From NCBI GenBank assembly GCA_030747175.1, contig JASLLE010000002.1, forward strand, positions 21,172 to 85,171: a stretch of 64,000 bases of DNA, written 5' to 3'. The notes beneath the pieces are model-generated. The model was not told where the DNA came from and did no database searches. It worked only from the letters and a program-made list of their open reading frames with translations. How positions within the stretch are numbered: position 1 is the stretch's first letter; every line of letters begins with the position of its first letter. The position numbers and the translations under genes are program-made. The DNA comes from Dehalococcoidia bacterium (GTDB lineage Bacteria; Chloroflexota; Dehalococcoidia; Lucifugimonadales; Lucifugimonadaceae). Below are positions 54,401-64,000 of the stretch, piece by piece.

Positions 54401-56821
54401 TCAGGGCGAAACGCCGCCGGGCGTATCGCCCGGCATCGTAGCCGATTGCTCATCGTCCGTCTCGAAAAGGAACCCTTTAACGGCCTCCTCGTATCGCTGG
54501 TATAAATAGCCGCCGGCGACCAGCAGAACGCCCAGCGACATGAAGGCGGCCACGCGGTAACCGCTATCGAGCGCGAACGTGTCGAACACGAACAGTTTGA
54601 CCACTGGTATGGCGAGAAGCAGAAGCGCCGCCGCCCGCACCTGCTTCCACCTCCTCACCACTCCAATAAGAAGCGCTATTCCGGCGTACCCGGCCCACAA
54701 CACGCTGAGGCTCAGGCTGATGACGTTGTTCTCCTCTCGGGACGCGATCGCCACAGCGTCGCTTGCTATCGCCCCGATCACCTCGGCGCTCAGATACCAG
54801 AGCAACAGGCCATTGCACGCGAAAGCCATGACCGGGATCACGAACTGGCTTTCCCAGTCAAACGCCCTTTCACGCTGTTTGTGCAGTACAAAAGCGCCCA
54901 GCGCCACGGCGACGATGACCGGGACGAAGGCCAGCGAGCGGTTGTTCCACAGGATGGTGTAACCATCTCTGTCCACAAAGCTATCGAAAGCCAGGGCACG
55001 AAAGGCGGCGATCGCCAGCAACCCGTACACGGTTCTTCGCATCTCCGGTAATCCAGTGCCGAAAGACAGCGCCCCCAGGACGATCGCCTCCACTCCCCAC
55101 GCGAGAGCGAACCATTGCTCCGGTATCTGGGTCCAGATTCCCACGGTGATGAATCCCGAACCAAGCATTACCAGGCCCGATACGACCTCCGGCCTGGTCG
55201 CGAGTCCACGCTCGGGGGAGATCTCCGGGAATCGCCGTACCAATCCGGCGGTCCCGTAGGCCGCGACCGCGCCGGCCGCGAACGAAAGCACGTAGCGGTT
55301 GAATACCGGATCGATCCCGAGATCACGTGCCGACGCGATGTCGAAAATCGCCAGCCAGCCCGTCGCGAGGCCCAGCACCCCCAGGCCCGCCAACCGGGTC
55401 TGCGCGGCGCTCGAACTGCGCGCAGCCGAGGCCGACATGAAGGCGAGTGACGCCGCGAACCAGACGGCCGTCACCCACGGTCCGGACAGTTGAACTGGCA
55501 CGGCGATAGCGCTGATCACGACCGCCATCACGCCCATCGCATAAGCAAGAAGCGCGTTGTCTTCGCTCTGCCGGTACAGCGCGTACCCGACCCCGACATA
55601 GAACAGCCCCAGCAGCAGGGTGAACAGGCCCATCCATCCCCGAAAATCGCTCCACAGCAGGGCGTAACTCATGAGGGCGAAAAACGCCGCGTTGCCGACG
55701 ACGACGAAAACGTCGAAACCTCTCGGCTTTGAGAGGCGCACCAGGTGGTGCAGGACCGTCGACCCGACCCAGACGAGGAAGATGGCCGTGAGCCAGAACT
55801 GCGCGGTCGTCGCGCTGACCACATCCTCTACTTCGATGTACCAGCGTATGAATCCGACAGCCGAGCCCGCCAGCCCGATGAGTGTGATCCAACGCCATTC
55901 ACGCACAGTCGACAGGTACACCACGCCGAGTCCGACGATCAACAGGTAGGCGATCGGCCACGCCACCTCTGAGCCGGAGGCGGTTTTCGTGAGGCCGGCG
56001 TCCACGCCGGTTAGCGCCAGGGGCGCCAGGTAAGCGCCGCCGATGGCGATAACGGCCAGCGAGAGCTGCTCGTATCGGGCGGCTTGAACGGCCAGCAAGG
56101 TGCTTACGAGGAGCAAAAGGAGCAGCGCCACGCCGAGCGGCATCAGATCGAATGGGGTGTGGGCCGCAAAGAACGAGAGGTAAATGATGCCGGTGCCGCC
56201 GCCGGCCAGGGCGGCCGCGTATCCGGGGTACCGGCCATGCCAGTATTCGCCGAGTCCGATCAGCGCAAATCCGAACGCCACGCCGAGGACTACCAGGCCC
56301 GTTTCCTGGATCCATCCGTTGTCATAGGCTAGCCGAAGGAAGAAGGCGCTTCCGAGGATCAACGCGACCACTCCGACCCACGCCAGCCAGCGAGCGCCGA
56401 CACGCGGCTCCCACTCGAACCGTTTGTCAGAAGGCTCGAATATGTGATCGCCGTCGTCCGTCGAAAAGCTGCCGGTGAAAGGGGCGGCAGGCGCGTCCGT
56501 CGGCAGGGGTTCGGCTTCCTCCGGAATCGCCGGATCCTCTGGCGTTAGAGGAACATCCCCCGCACCCATCCCCGTTGTCCGTGGAGATACGAGGGCTTCC
56601 TCCTCCTGTTCGGCCGTTTCCGGCCCCCCCCGTTCTACTGCGTTCGCGAGACGCTCGATCTCGGCCCTGAGGCGCTCGACTTCACTTACGAGCCATGCCT
56701 GCGTAGCGCTTGCCGTTCGCTCCGGTCGCGGGCCAGTGTCCCGGGCCGCAAGACGCGTTCCACAGGATGTACAGAAGCGGTTGCCGGCCGGGTTTTCATG
56801 CCCGCAAACGGCGCAGGTCAA
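54401..56821 (-). CDS. DUF2339-like polytopic membrane protein with an N-terminal zinc ribbon
   Basis: MTCAVCGHENPAGNRFCTSCG, then a coiled-coil/acidic linker, then more than 20 hydrophobic spans. Confidence 0.7.
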   Translation of the reverse strand: MTCAVCGHENPAGNRFCTSCGTRLAARDTGPRPERTASATQAWLVSEVERLRAEIERLANAVERGGPETAEQEEEALVSPRTTGMGAGDVPLTPEDPAIPEEAEPLPTDAPAAPFTGSFSTDDGDHIFEPSDKRFEWEPRVGARWLAWVGVVALILGSAFFLRLAYDNGWIQETGLVVLGVAFGFALIGLGEYWHGRYPGYAAALAGGGTGIIYLSFFAAHTPFDLMPLGVALLLLLLVSTLLAVQAARYEQLSLAVIAIGGAYLAPLALTGVDAGLTKTASGSEVAWPIAYLLIVGLGVVYLSTVREWRWITLIGLAGSAVGFIRWYIEVEDVVSATTAQFWLTAIFLVWVGSTVLHHLVRLSKPRGFDVFVVVGNAAFFALMSYALLWSDFRGWMGLFTLLLGLFYVGVGYALYRQSEDNALLAYAMGVMAVVISAIAVPVQLSGPWVTAVWFAASLAFMSASAARSSSAAQTRLAGLGVLGLATGWLAIFDIASARDLGIDPVFNRYVLSFAAGAVAAYGTAGLVRRFPEISPERGLATRPEVVSGLVMLGSGFITVGIWTQIPEQWFALAWGVEAIVLGALSFGTGLPEMRRTVYGLLAIAAFRALAFDSFVDRDGYTILWNNRSLAFVPVIVAVALGAFVLHKQRERAFDWESQFVIPVMAFACNGLLLWYLSAEVIGAIASDAVAIASREENNVISLSLSVLWAGYAGIALLIGVVRRWKQVRAAALLLLAIPVVKLFVFDTFALDSGYRVAAFMSLGVLLVAGGYLYQRYEEAVKGFLFETDDEQSATMPGDTPGGVSP

Positions 56822-56833
56822 CTGGTTGTCTCC

Positions 56834-57361
56834 TTACCGTCGTGCATACACCACGCGCGTCCCCGCCAGTACGTCATGCCAGGTTTTGCCTTCCCGGCTA
56901 AACGCGGCCCAGATGAAACCAATATAGAAGACCACAGTTGAAACAAGTTTGCCGATGGTTTCACGAATCAGCGCCTGATCCAGCCCTGGTTTCGTCCCGT
57001 CCTCGGATACCACCCTCAGCCCCAACGCCGATTTCCCGATCGTGCGTCCCCGGGTCGCGGTGAAAACAGAGTGGTACCCGAACGGGAGTATCAGGAGCAG
57101 TAGGCGGGTGTAGTAGTAGTCGAGATCGACTGCCGGCTCCGCAGCACCCAGTGCAATGCCCATCACTATCCAGATCAGCCATATGACGATCCAGTCGATG
57201 ATCGCTGCCACGAGGCGGACTCCGAAGGTGGCGTAGTAAAGCGGCGCGGCGACGCGGGCGACGCCGCCGGGCGAAGCCTGCTTTGCCCCGCACGCCCCAC
57301 AGAAACCCGCGTCGGCGGGGATGCGGGAGCCGCATGACCCGCAGAAAAGCGATCCGGCCAT
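56834..57361 (-). CDS. RDD-family membrane protein with an N-terminal zinc ribbon
   Basis: LFCGSCGSRIPADAGFCGACG followed by the RDD-type pattern (YATFGVRLVAAIIDWIV...WHDVLAGTRVV). Confidence 0.75.
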   Translation of the reverse strand: MAGSLFCGSCGSRIPADAGFCGACGAKQASPGGVARVAAPLYYATFGVRLVAAIIDWIVIWLIWIVMGIALGAAEPAVDLDYYYTRLLLLILPFGYHSVFTATRGRTIGKSALGLRVVSEDGTKPGLDQALIRETIGKLVSTVVFYIGFIWAAFSREGKTWHDVLAGTRVVYARR

Positions 57362-57544
57362 GGTCTTTTCCCGAAGGCGTTGAGAAGCTCAGAACACCGG
57401 CAGCACGGGCACCTGGCGCACCATGTTTCAGACACACGCAATCACCCGTGTGATCGCGGCAACATCGAACAAGCTAATCACGTCAACGACGCCATGCGTG
57501 TGAGGCGGGTATGAGGGTGATGTGCCCTCGGATGCTGGTCCAGT

Positions 57545-58630
57545 TCACTCCCGTAACGACAACGCCGCCGGCCTCTCACATGTGGTCTTCACGTTGATCC
57601 GCCTGCCCGAATCTGAGCTAAGCCCGAATGCGTGCATGATCTCCAGCACGTGCGCGCCAAGCTCGCCGCTGGCGCTGGCTGGCCGATTGCCTGCGATCGC
57701 GTCCGCCATATCCGCCACGCCCAGCCCGCGCGAGTTCTCCGAGAACGGTTTCGTGATCGGGACCTCCTCCCAGTCCTTTGACTCCTGCGTCCATACGCGT
57801 ACGGGTCCGCCGAAGGTGTTGGGGTCGGGCACGGACAGCGAACCCTCGCTCCCGTAAATCTCGATACTGGGCAGGTTCGCCGCCCATACGTCGAACGTCG
57901 TGATCACCGTGGCCACCGCCCCGTTTGTGAAATCCACTGTGCCGGCCACGTGCGTCGGAACCTCCACCTCGATCTTCGCGCCGTTCAGCGGCTCGCTCGT
58001 GATCGTGCGTTCAGGGAACGTGATTCGAGCCGATCCGGTCACCCGTTCCGCCGGTCCCAACAGGTTGGCCAGCGCCGTCAGGTAGTAGGGACCCATATCC
58101 AGCATCGGCCCGGCGCCCGGCTTGTAATAGAACGCCGGATCGGGATGCCACGACTCATGTCCGTGGTTGGTCATGAAGGCGGTCGCCGCGATCGGATCGC
58201 CGATCACTCCTTCATCGATCAGTTCCCGGCAGGTCTGGATACCGGCGCCGAGGAAAGTGTCAGGCGCTCCACCTACCCGCAGTCCTGCTGTAGCGGCCAG
58301 CGATAGCAGTTCGGCCGCCTCTTCGGGCGATGAGCACAGCGGTTTCTCTCCATACACATGCTTGCCCGCAGCGATTCCCGCCTTCATGACATCGAAATGA
58401 TTCCCCGGCTGCGTCAGGTTGACCACGATGTCGATCGATGGATCGGCCAGAAGTTCATCGGCCGTCATCGCCTGGACCTCCGGGTACCTGTCCTGCACCG
58501 CCCGGGAACGCTCATCGACGAGGTCGGCACAGGCCACGACATCCAGCCCGCTCAACTTCGTCATGTTATGGAAATAGATCCCGCTGATAGTCCCGCAGCC
58601 GATCACGCCTACCTTCATCGGGAGGCCCAT
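57545..58630 (-). CDS. Gfo/Idh/MocA-family oxidoreductase (ThuB-like partner)
   Basis: GAGGAGGGGGA followed by ATG at 58630 gives [17 protein letters not shown]. The longer ORF to 58948 overlaps the ThuA gene. Confidence 0.85.
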   Translation of the reverse strand: MGLPMKVGVIGCGTISGIYFHNMTKLSGLDVVACADLVDERSRAVQDRYPEVQAMTADELLADPSIDIVVNLTQPGNHFDVMKAGIAAGKHVYGEKPLCSSPEEAAELLSLAATAGLRVGGAPDTFLGAGIQTCRELIDEGVIGDPIAATAFMTNHGHESWHPDPAFYYKPGAGPMLDMGPYYLTALANLLGPAERVTGSARITFPERTITSEPLNGAKIEVEVPTHVAGTVDFTNGAVATVITTFDVWAANLPSIEIYGSEGSLSVPDPNTFGGPVRVWTQESKDWEEVPITKPFSENSRGLGVADMADAIAGNRPASASGELGAHVLEIMHAFGLSSDSGRRINVKTTCERPAALSLRE

Positions 58631-59265
58631 AGCATCCCCCTCCTCATGATCTCCCGCGCTTCCGGAACGTCGAAATCCGGCGCGGTGTGACCGACAGAGC
58701 TGTAAAAGACCCGTCCCTCTCCCCACGTCCGCTTCCAGTAGACCGGCATCGTCACGTCCCTGATCCAGTAAGCCCCGGCGTGCTCGCCGCTGAACGTCGT
58801 CGTCGCAAGCACCTCGTTCGAGGGATCGACGTGCATGTAGTACTGCTCTGAATGGATCGTGAAGTCGTCCAGACCTGAAGTGATCGGATCGTCGTGGTCC
58901 GTGATATTGACCTCGTAATCGATGATGCCGCCCGGGTGTGCTACCCACTGCCCGCCGACCATGAACTGGTAGGGAGGGCTGTGCCGGAACGAATCAGCAA
59001 GACAGCCGTGCCACCCGGCCAGCCCGATCCCGGAGTGGACGGCGCCCTGCAAGCCTTCAAGCTGCTCGTTCGAGATTTCGCCCTGCGTCCAGATCGGGAC
59101 GATCAGGTCCTGCGCGTTCAGCAGGCCGGTATCGAGATACACATCCAGCGAGTGCTCCCGTCGGACCTCGTAACCGGCTTCCTCCAGCAGGGGAGTGAAC
59201 ACATCGGCGCTGGCGTCGGGAGTATGGCCTGTCCATCCCCCGACGATCATCAGGACTTGTTTCAA
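58615..59265 (-). CDS. ThuA-domain (trehalose-utilisation-like) protein
   Basis: AAGGA followed by TTG at 59265 gives [24 protein letters not shown]....[15 protein letters not shown] is the ThuA C-terminal pattern. The stop overlaps the downstream start. Confidence 0.75.
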   Translation of the reverse strand: MKQVLMIVGGWTGHTPDASADVFTPLLEEAGYEVRREHSLDVYLDTGLLNAQDLIVPIWTQGEISNEQLEGLQGAVHSGIGLAGWHGCLADSFRHSPPYQFMVGGQWVAHPGGIIDYEVNITDHDDPITSGLDDFTIHSEQYYMHVDPSNEVLATTTFSGEHAGAYWIRDVTMPVYWKRTWGEGRVFYSSVGHTAPDFDVPEAREIMRRGMLWASR

Positions 59266-59432
59266 GTCGAATCCTTGCTGGCCGGCAGCCGCCGACCGGA
59301 CCCTTTGGTTGCGGAGAGTTGGGATCGTACAGCTTTGAGCCGGGCTATGGATCACCTGGCCACTCGTATCAGCGGGTTAATTGGTGACAGGGACGCCAAC
59401 TACGGTTAAAGTCGCTCTCCGGACCGGCACGG

Positions 59433-60251
59433 TTGCGCCTGCGTAAGCCGCTTCCAACCGTGTCAAACAACCAGATTGGGATTTCATTGGACCTCTCCGA
59501 AGGCGGATTCATAGCGGCGATTCTTCTGGGCCTAGTGCTCGGGCTTCGCCATGCAACAGATGCCGACCACGTAGTCGCCGTCTCGACGATCGTCGCCGCC
59601 GAGGGCAAGGCGCTTCGCAGCGCGTGGATCGGCGCTTCATGGGGACTCGGGCATTCGACGCCGTTGCTGATCGTCGGGACCGTCATCCTGTTCCTCAAGG
59701 ACTCGGTGCTGTCCGCCTACGAGCATATCGCCCCGTACTTTGAGTTCGGCGTCGCCATCATGCTCGTTGGCCTGGGCGTCCAGGTGCTCTGGCGCTTGAA
59801 GCAGGGCCGGCTTCACCTGCACCAGCACTATGACGGCCAGAGTCCGCACGTCCACGTCCACTCTCACGACGAGACGTCAAAGGCACACCACGCCCCGGCA
59901 ACGCCGCACAGCAGGGTCCGCTCCTACGCAAACCTGTTCCGCCCGAAGTCATACGCAATCGGAATGATCCACGGCCTGGCCGGAACCGCCGCCGTCATGC
60001 TCCTGCTGCTTCCGGAAGCGCCGTCGATCGCGGCCGGGTTCGTCTACCTGCTGCTGTTTGGCGTCGGGACCATCGCCTCGATGATGGCCATCACACTCGT
60101 CTTCAGTATCCCGCTCGCCTTCAGCGTCCGCTTCACCCGCGTCAACAACGGAGTGGCGACGCTCGCCGGGATCACGAGCGTTCTCCTGGGCGGCCTGCTC
60201 ATGTCAGACGTAGCAGCAGGAACCCACTACCTGGCCTTCCTGCCGGAGTAG
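59433..60251 (+). CDS. Nickel/cobalt transporter (NicO/RcnA-like)
   Basis: GLRHATDADHVVA is the HAxDADH signature. A His-rich loop reads HLHQHYDGQSPHVHVHSHDETSKAHHAPATPH. Six or more TMS. Confidence 0.8.
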   Translation: MRLRKPLPTVSNNQIGISLDLSEGGFIAAILLGLVLGLRHATDADHVVAVSTIVAAEGKALRSAWIGASWGLGHSTPLLIVGTVILFLKDSVLSAYEHIAPYFEFGVAIMLVGLGVQVLWRLKQGRLHLHQHYDGQSPHVHVHSHDETSKAHHAPATPHSRVRSYANLFRPKSYAIGMIHGLAGTAAVMLLLLPEAPSIAAGFVYLLLFGVGTIASMMAITLVFSIPLAFSVRFTRVNNGVATLAGITSVLLGGLLMSDVAAGTHYLAFLPE

Positions 60252-60275
60252 GACGGAGCGGGCGAACCACGTCCC

Positions 60276-60488
60276 TTAGTTCGTGAATATGTCCAGGACA
60301 CTTGCGGCCCTGCTTCCGCCATCGAGCCGGTAGAGTTCTGTGAATCCACACTCGATGCATGCCACGGTCGCGTACTTCTGATTCTGCAGGTTTAGATAGC
60401 GCGATAAACCGGACCCCGTGGTCCTCAACTCGCCCGCCTGATAGTTCTTCGCGCCGCACTTGTCACACGAATACTCTCGGGTCGCCAT
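60276..60488 (-). CDS. Small zinc-ribbon protein (DUF2082-like)
   Basis: GGGGAGA followed by ATG at 60488. CDKCG...CIECG pairs. 70 aa. Confidence 0.65.
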   Translation of the reverse strand: MATREYSCDKCGAKNYQAGELRTTGSGLSRYLNLQNQKYATVACIECGFTELYRLDGGSRAASVLDIFTN

Positions 60489-60846
60489 GCGTTGATCTCC
60501 CCTTTGTTTCTCGTGACCGCCCGGCCCGGGGCGGATGAGGATCCGGACTCCTCTGACGGGTAATGGACCAGTCGCAGGTCTCGACCGCCGCCGGGACCCG
60601 CCGGTGATCCGCCGTGTCGGCATCTTATCCCTGACGATCAGAAACCGTTCATGGCCATCTGATTCGCGTATATTGTTGCGCGGCCGTTACGCTTGACCTG
60701 GAACTGGCCTGGTACATGCAGGTTCCTGTCAACGTAAGATAGCCGACGATGTTGACGCCAGCGTCTCCGCCCGCGGGAGGTATCTGCGGGGCAGACAGAG
60801 GACGCGGGCCACATCGACCGACGACCCCCGTTGATATTCTCCGGAG

Positions 60847-61989
60847 TTGAACATCCCAGATTCGGCTGAGTACATAGACATAGCCCGACGTTTCGCGAAA
60901 GCGGTTGCCGGGCGTACAGACGAGATCAACGAAGGGCGGCGAATCCCTGCCGACCTGGCCGGTGAGATGGCCGATGCCGGCCTTTTCCGGCTGCTGGTGC
61001 CGGAGTCGCTTGGCGGCGCCGAGATAGACCATCCGGCGTTCGTCGAGATCGTCCGGGTATTCGCGCAGGCAGACGCCAGCACCGCGTGGTGCGTCAACCA
61101 GAACAATATCTTCGCCACGGACTCGACACGCATGCCGGTCGAAACCGCCCGCGAGATCTGGGGCGATAGACGCGGCATCGTGACGAACGGCCCGCCCTCG
61201 TCCGACACGCTCGCTATTCCCGTTGAAGGCGGGTACCGCCACTCCGGCCACTGGGATTTCAGCAGCGGCAGCAGTCACGCCACGTGGCTCGCTGCACGCG
61301 GCCCCGTAGAAGGCCGACCCGGTGAGGTCCGGACATTCATGGTGCCGAAGTCCGAGGCGACGATGCTCGATACGTGGGGGGTGAACGGGTTGCGCGGTAC
61401 GGCCAGCTTTAGCTTTGAAGTCAAAGACCTCTTCGTCCCGGAGGCTCATACCTACCTGGAATCGAATTCGCCGAGTGATCCCGGCCCGTTGTACATCATC
61501 CCCAAGAACGCCTATTTCTCGGCCGGGTTCGCCACGATTTCGCTGGCGCTGGCAAGGACCTGCCTGGACGATGCGATCGAACTCGCTGGCAAGAAAGTGC
61601 AGTTCGCCATGTCAACCGCCATGGCCGATCTCTCAACAGTGCACCGCCAGATAGGGGAGACGGAGTCGGTCCTGAGGTCTGCCGACGCCTACCTGCGCGA
61701 AAGCAGGCTGATCCTCTGGAACTCTGCCTGTGAGCGCGGTGAGCTTCCGATGGATGAGCGCATAGACGTGAGGATGGCCTCCACTTACGCGATCAGGCAG
61801 GCCGCGAAGGTCGTGGATTCCGCGTACGAGATGTTTGGTTCTCAGGCGATCTTCACGCGGAACCCTCTGCAGCGCCGGTGGCAGGACATGCACGTGATAG
61901 CGCAGCAGTTCCAGGGCCGAGCCACGAACTACGAAACCGCAGGCCGCCACTACCTCGGTCTCGGAGAAGAAGATACCCGCGGCCTGTAA
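60847..61989 (+). CDS. Acyl-CoA dehydrogenase-fold flavin-dependent oxygenase/dehydrogenase
   Basis: N-terminal ...EINEGRRIPADLAGEMADAGLFRLLVPESLGGAE, with the typical ACAD-type 2 domain layout. TTG start with an atypically adjacent GGAG. Confidence 0.7.
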   Translation: MNIPDSAEYIDIARRFAKAVAGRTDEINEGRRIPADLAGEMADAGLFRLLVPESLGGAEIDHPAFVEIVRVFAQADASTAWCVNQNNIFATDSTRMPVETAREIWGDRRGIVTNGPPSSDTLAIPVEGGYRHSGHWDFSSGSSHATWLAARGPVEGRPGEVRTFMVPKSEATMLDTWGVNGLRGTASFSFEVKDLFVPEAHTYLESNSPSDPGPLYIIPKNAYFSAGFATISLALARTCLDDAIELAGKKVQFAMSTAMADLSTVHRQIGETESVLRSADAYLRESRLILWNSACERGELPMDERIDVRMASTYAIRQAAKVVDSAYEMFGSQAIFTRNPLQRRWQDMHVIAQQFQGRATNYETAGRHYLGLGEEDTRGL

Positions 61990-62036
61990 GTCACCCGCTC
62001 GCGCCCGGACAACCTGACATGCCCGCGGGTGTGCGC

Positions 62037-62801
62037 CTAACCCTTCCGGGCGACGATGAACATCCGTTTGAACGGGAAAAGAGTCGTGCCGTCGGATTCC
62101 TTCGGATAAGCCTTTTCGACTAGTTCCGCGTATGCCGACTCGAACTCGCCCCGCCACGGTTCCTCCAGCGCGGACAGAAGTGGCATGAGCCATGTGCCTT
62201 TGGTCCACTCTTTAACCGGGTTGTCCCCGTTGAGGACCTGGATGTAATCCGTCTCCCACACGTCGAGGGAACTTGCCATCGGGGACAGGACACGCACGTA
62301 ATACTCCGGCGGTTCGACCGGTGCGGGCCGAAGTAGAGGCTCCAGCGTGGATCGCCACGGTCCATCGAGCGCCGCTTTGGAGATCGATGTGTGGGAGAGC
62401 GCTCCGAAATTACGCGGCATCTGGATCGCAAGCAGCCCGCCCGTTGCGACGGAGGACATGAGGCCGCTGAACAGCTTCTCGTGACCGGTCAACCAGTGCA
62501 GCGCCGCGTTCGAGAAGATCAGATCTGCCCGCTCATCCGGTCGCCAAGACCCGATATCGGCCGCCCGCCACTCCAGGTTGTCGATCCGTTCCGCCCGCTC
62601 AAGCATTTCCGATGAACTGTCCACGCCGATGACTCGCGCGCCCGGCCAGCGCTCGGCGAGCATCTCGGTGATGTTGCCAGTACCCGCGCCCAGGTCGTAA
62701 ACAACCTCCGGGGACTCAAGATCGATCCGATTGATCAGGTCTATCGCTGGCCGCAATCGGTGATCGGCGAACTTGAGATATTGGGCAGGATCCCAGGGCA
62801 T
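62037..62801 (-). CDS. tam: Trans-aconitate 2-methyltransferase-like SAM methyltransferase
   Basis: ATG at 62801 gives MPWDPAQYLKFADHRLRPAIDLINRI, then VYDLGAGTGNIT. Confidence 0.8.
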   Translation of the reverse strand: MPWDPAQYLKFADHRLRPAIDLINRIDLESPEVVYDLGAGTGNITEMLAERWPGARVIGVDSSSEMLERAERIDNLEWRAADIGSWRPDERADLIFSNAALHWLTGHEKLFSGLMSSVATGGLLAIQMPRNFGALSHTSISKAALDGPWRSTLEPLLRPAPVEPPEYYVRVLSPMASSLDVWETDYIQVLNGDNPVKEWTKGTWLMPLLSALEEPWRGEFESAYAELVEKAYPKESDGTTLFPFKRMFIVARKG

Positions 62802-63054
62802 TGAGCGAGGCCTTTCGGGCCGGACTATCGGCAGAGGGGCAGGACCGGGCGCAAGTGTAGCTCGACTACGAGCAAAGAATCCTCGGGATACCGGGTCCCG
62901 GGTCAACCGGGAGTTCGTTCATCGTGGTACATACCGCGCCGATTGAATCAAGTAATACATGACCGGCCACGATTACGAATAACCATGCGAGTTACACTCG
63001 CCTCTCCGGGAGCGATGGGAGGTCCGTCGTACTGGCTCTGGAGGTCAAGACTTC

Positions 63055-63963
63055 ATGCGAGCAATTCGATATCACGAACACGGTACTGCCGACGTGCTGA
63101 AACTTGAGGAGATTGCGGTTCCCGAGCCGGGAGCGGATGAAGTTCTTGTACGAGTGCGGGCGGCCGGGGTTAATCCCGTTGACTGGAAACAACGCAGTGG
63201 CATGAATCCCAACCTGCCGGCGATCCCCGGTATCGACCTCTCCGGAACCGTAGAGAAAGTTGGCCCGGGCGTGACCGGCTTTGAGGCTGGCCAGGAGGTC
63301 TGGGGCACCGGGCAGGGTTCGTATGCCGAGTACGCAATCGCGCCCGTCAACAGTCTTGTGCCGAAACCCCCGGACATGTCGTTCGAAGAGGGCGCTTCAT
63401 TCGGGGTTGGTGTCCGGACTGCATGGGTGGCATTGTTTGAGTCGGCGAGCCTTGAGTCGGGGCGAACCATACTGGTGCAGGGCGCAGCAGGCGGCGTCGG
63501 GATGTGGGGCGTGCAGCTTGCGAAGTGGAAGGGCGCGACCGTAATAGGAACCGCGTCGAGTGGGAATATTGATTTCATCAACTCGCTGGGCGTGGATGTC
63601 GCCGTTGACTACACGACGACGGCCATCGAAACGGTGGCTAAAGACGTGGACTTCGTGCTGGACACGGTAGGCGGCGCGGTGCAAGACCAGTCATGGCAGA
63701 CGCTCAAAGCAGGCGGCACGCTGGTCACGATTGTCGGAGACCCGGATCAGGCGCAGGCGGAGAAGCACAGCGTGACGGCGATACGGGTTGGACGGCCGAC
63801 CGATTCGATCGAGATCTTCGACACCGTGAACGAGCTGTTTGCATCCGGTCGGGCGAGGCCGTTGGTGCAGAAGGTATTCCCGCTGGATCAGGCAAAGCAG
63901 GCGCATGAGCTAAGTGAGACGACACACGGCCGCGGCCGCATCGTCCTGAGCGTTTCGGACTAG
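63055..63963 (+). CDS. NADPH:quinone oxidoreductase / zinc-type alcohol dehydrogenase-like (MDR family)
   Basis: MRAIRYHEHGTADVLKLEEIAVPEPGADEVLVRVRAAGVNPVDWK and VQGAAGGVG. Confidence 0.85.
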   Translation: MRAIRYHEHGTADVLKLEEIAVPEPGADEVLVRVRAAGVNPVDWKQRSGMNPNLPAIPGIDLSGTVEKVGPGVTGFEAGQEVWGTGQGSYAEYAIAPVNSLVPKPPDMSFEEGASFGVGVRTAWVALFESASLESGRTILVQGAAGGVGMWGVQLAKWKGATVIGTASSGNIDFINSLGVDVAVDYTTTAIETVAKDVDFVLDTVGGAVQDQSWQTLKAGGTLVTIVGDPDQAQAEKHSVTAIRVGRPTDSIEIFDTVNELFASGRARPLVQKVFPLDQAKQAHELSETTHGRGRIVLSVSD

Positions 63964-64000
63964 CCGGGTAGCTACAGAACGGCCACGCGCTTTTTCTCGA

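Noticed and set aside
1-64000. Searched by eye for tRNA (GGTTCGAA-type T-arms), rRNA, tmRNA, transposase, integrase, reverse transcriptase, phage structural genes, toxin-antitoxin pairs and known defence-system genes.
   Set aside because: Nothing convincing was found. GTTTCGAACTC at about 40922-40936 is merely part of a small palindrome downstream of the FMN-reductase gene. This remains a limit of unaided inspection, and covariance-model scans would be decisive.

Overview
GC-rich bacterial chromosomal segment. I found no rRNA, tRNA, CRISPR array, transposase or integrase. About 50 protein-coding genes lie on both strands, many with overlapping stop and start codons. Catabolic and transport paralog families dominate. 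There are three Cys-type sulfatases (one disrupted) together with both known maturation systems, a radical-SAM anSME and an aerobic FGE. There are also four enolase-superfamily paralogs, five MFS transporters, two Gfo/Idh/MocA oxidoreductases (one paired with ThuA), two uronate-dehydrogenase-like SDRs, a GMC oxidoreductase with its small subunit, a split transketolase and a stand-alone TrpB2. Regulatory and membrane genes include a HisKA_3/NarL two-component pair, a roughly 1330-aa Ser/Thr-kinase/AAA/TPR protein and a DUF2339/RDD zinc-ribbon membrane pair. The paralog profile and the hairpin repeats resemble uncultivated marine Chloroflexota (SAR202-like); this is inference only. The most notable observations are: (1) a 1117-aa single-chain BC-BCCP-CT carboxylase translationally coupled to two family III CoA-transferases, inside a larger cluster of unassigned pathway; (2) a modular hairpin repeat family that fills intergenic spacers and occurs twice in frame inside the kinase ORF; (3) three genes with single lesions: an in-frame TAG in a PEP-utilising enzyme, a deletion/frameshift in a sulfatase, and a G5-run frameshift in a DUF4157-like HExxH protein; (4) an orphan degenerate copy of the PEP-enzyme swivel domain after a bicupin gene; (5) a 1.35-kb lower-GC stretch with almost no coding signal but several palindromes and direct repeats. 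All family calls come from motif recognition by eye, and no database search was possible.
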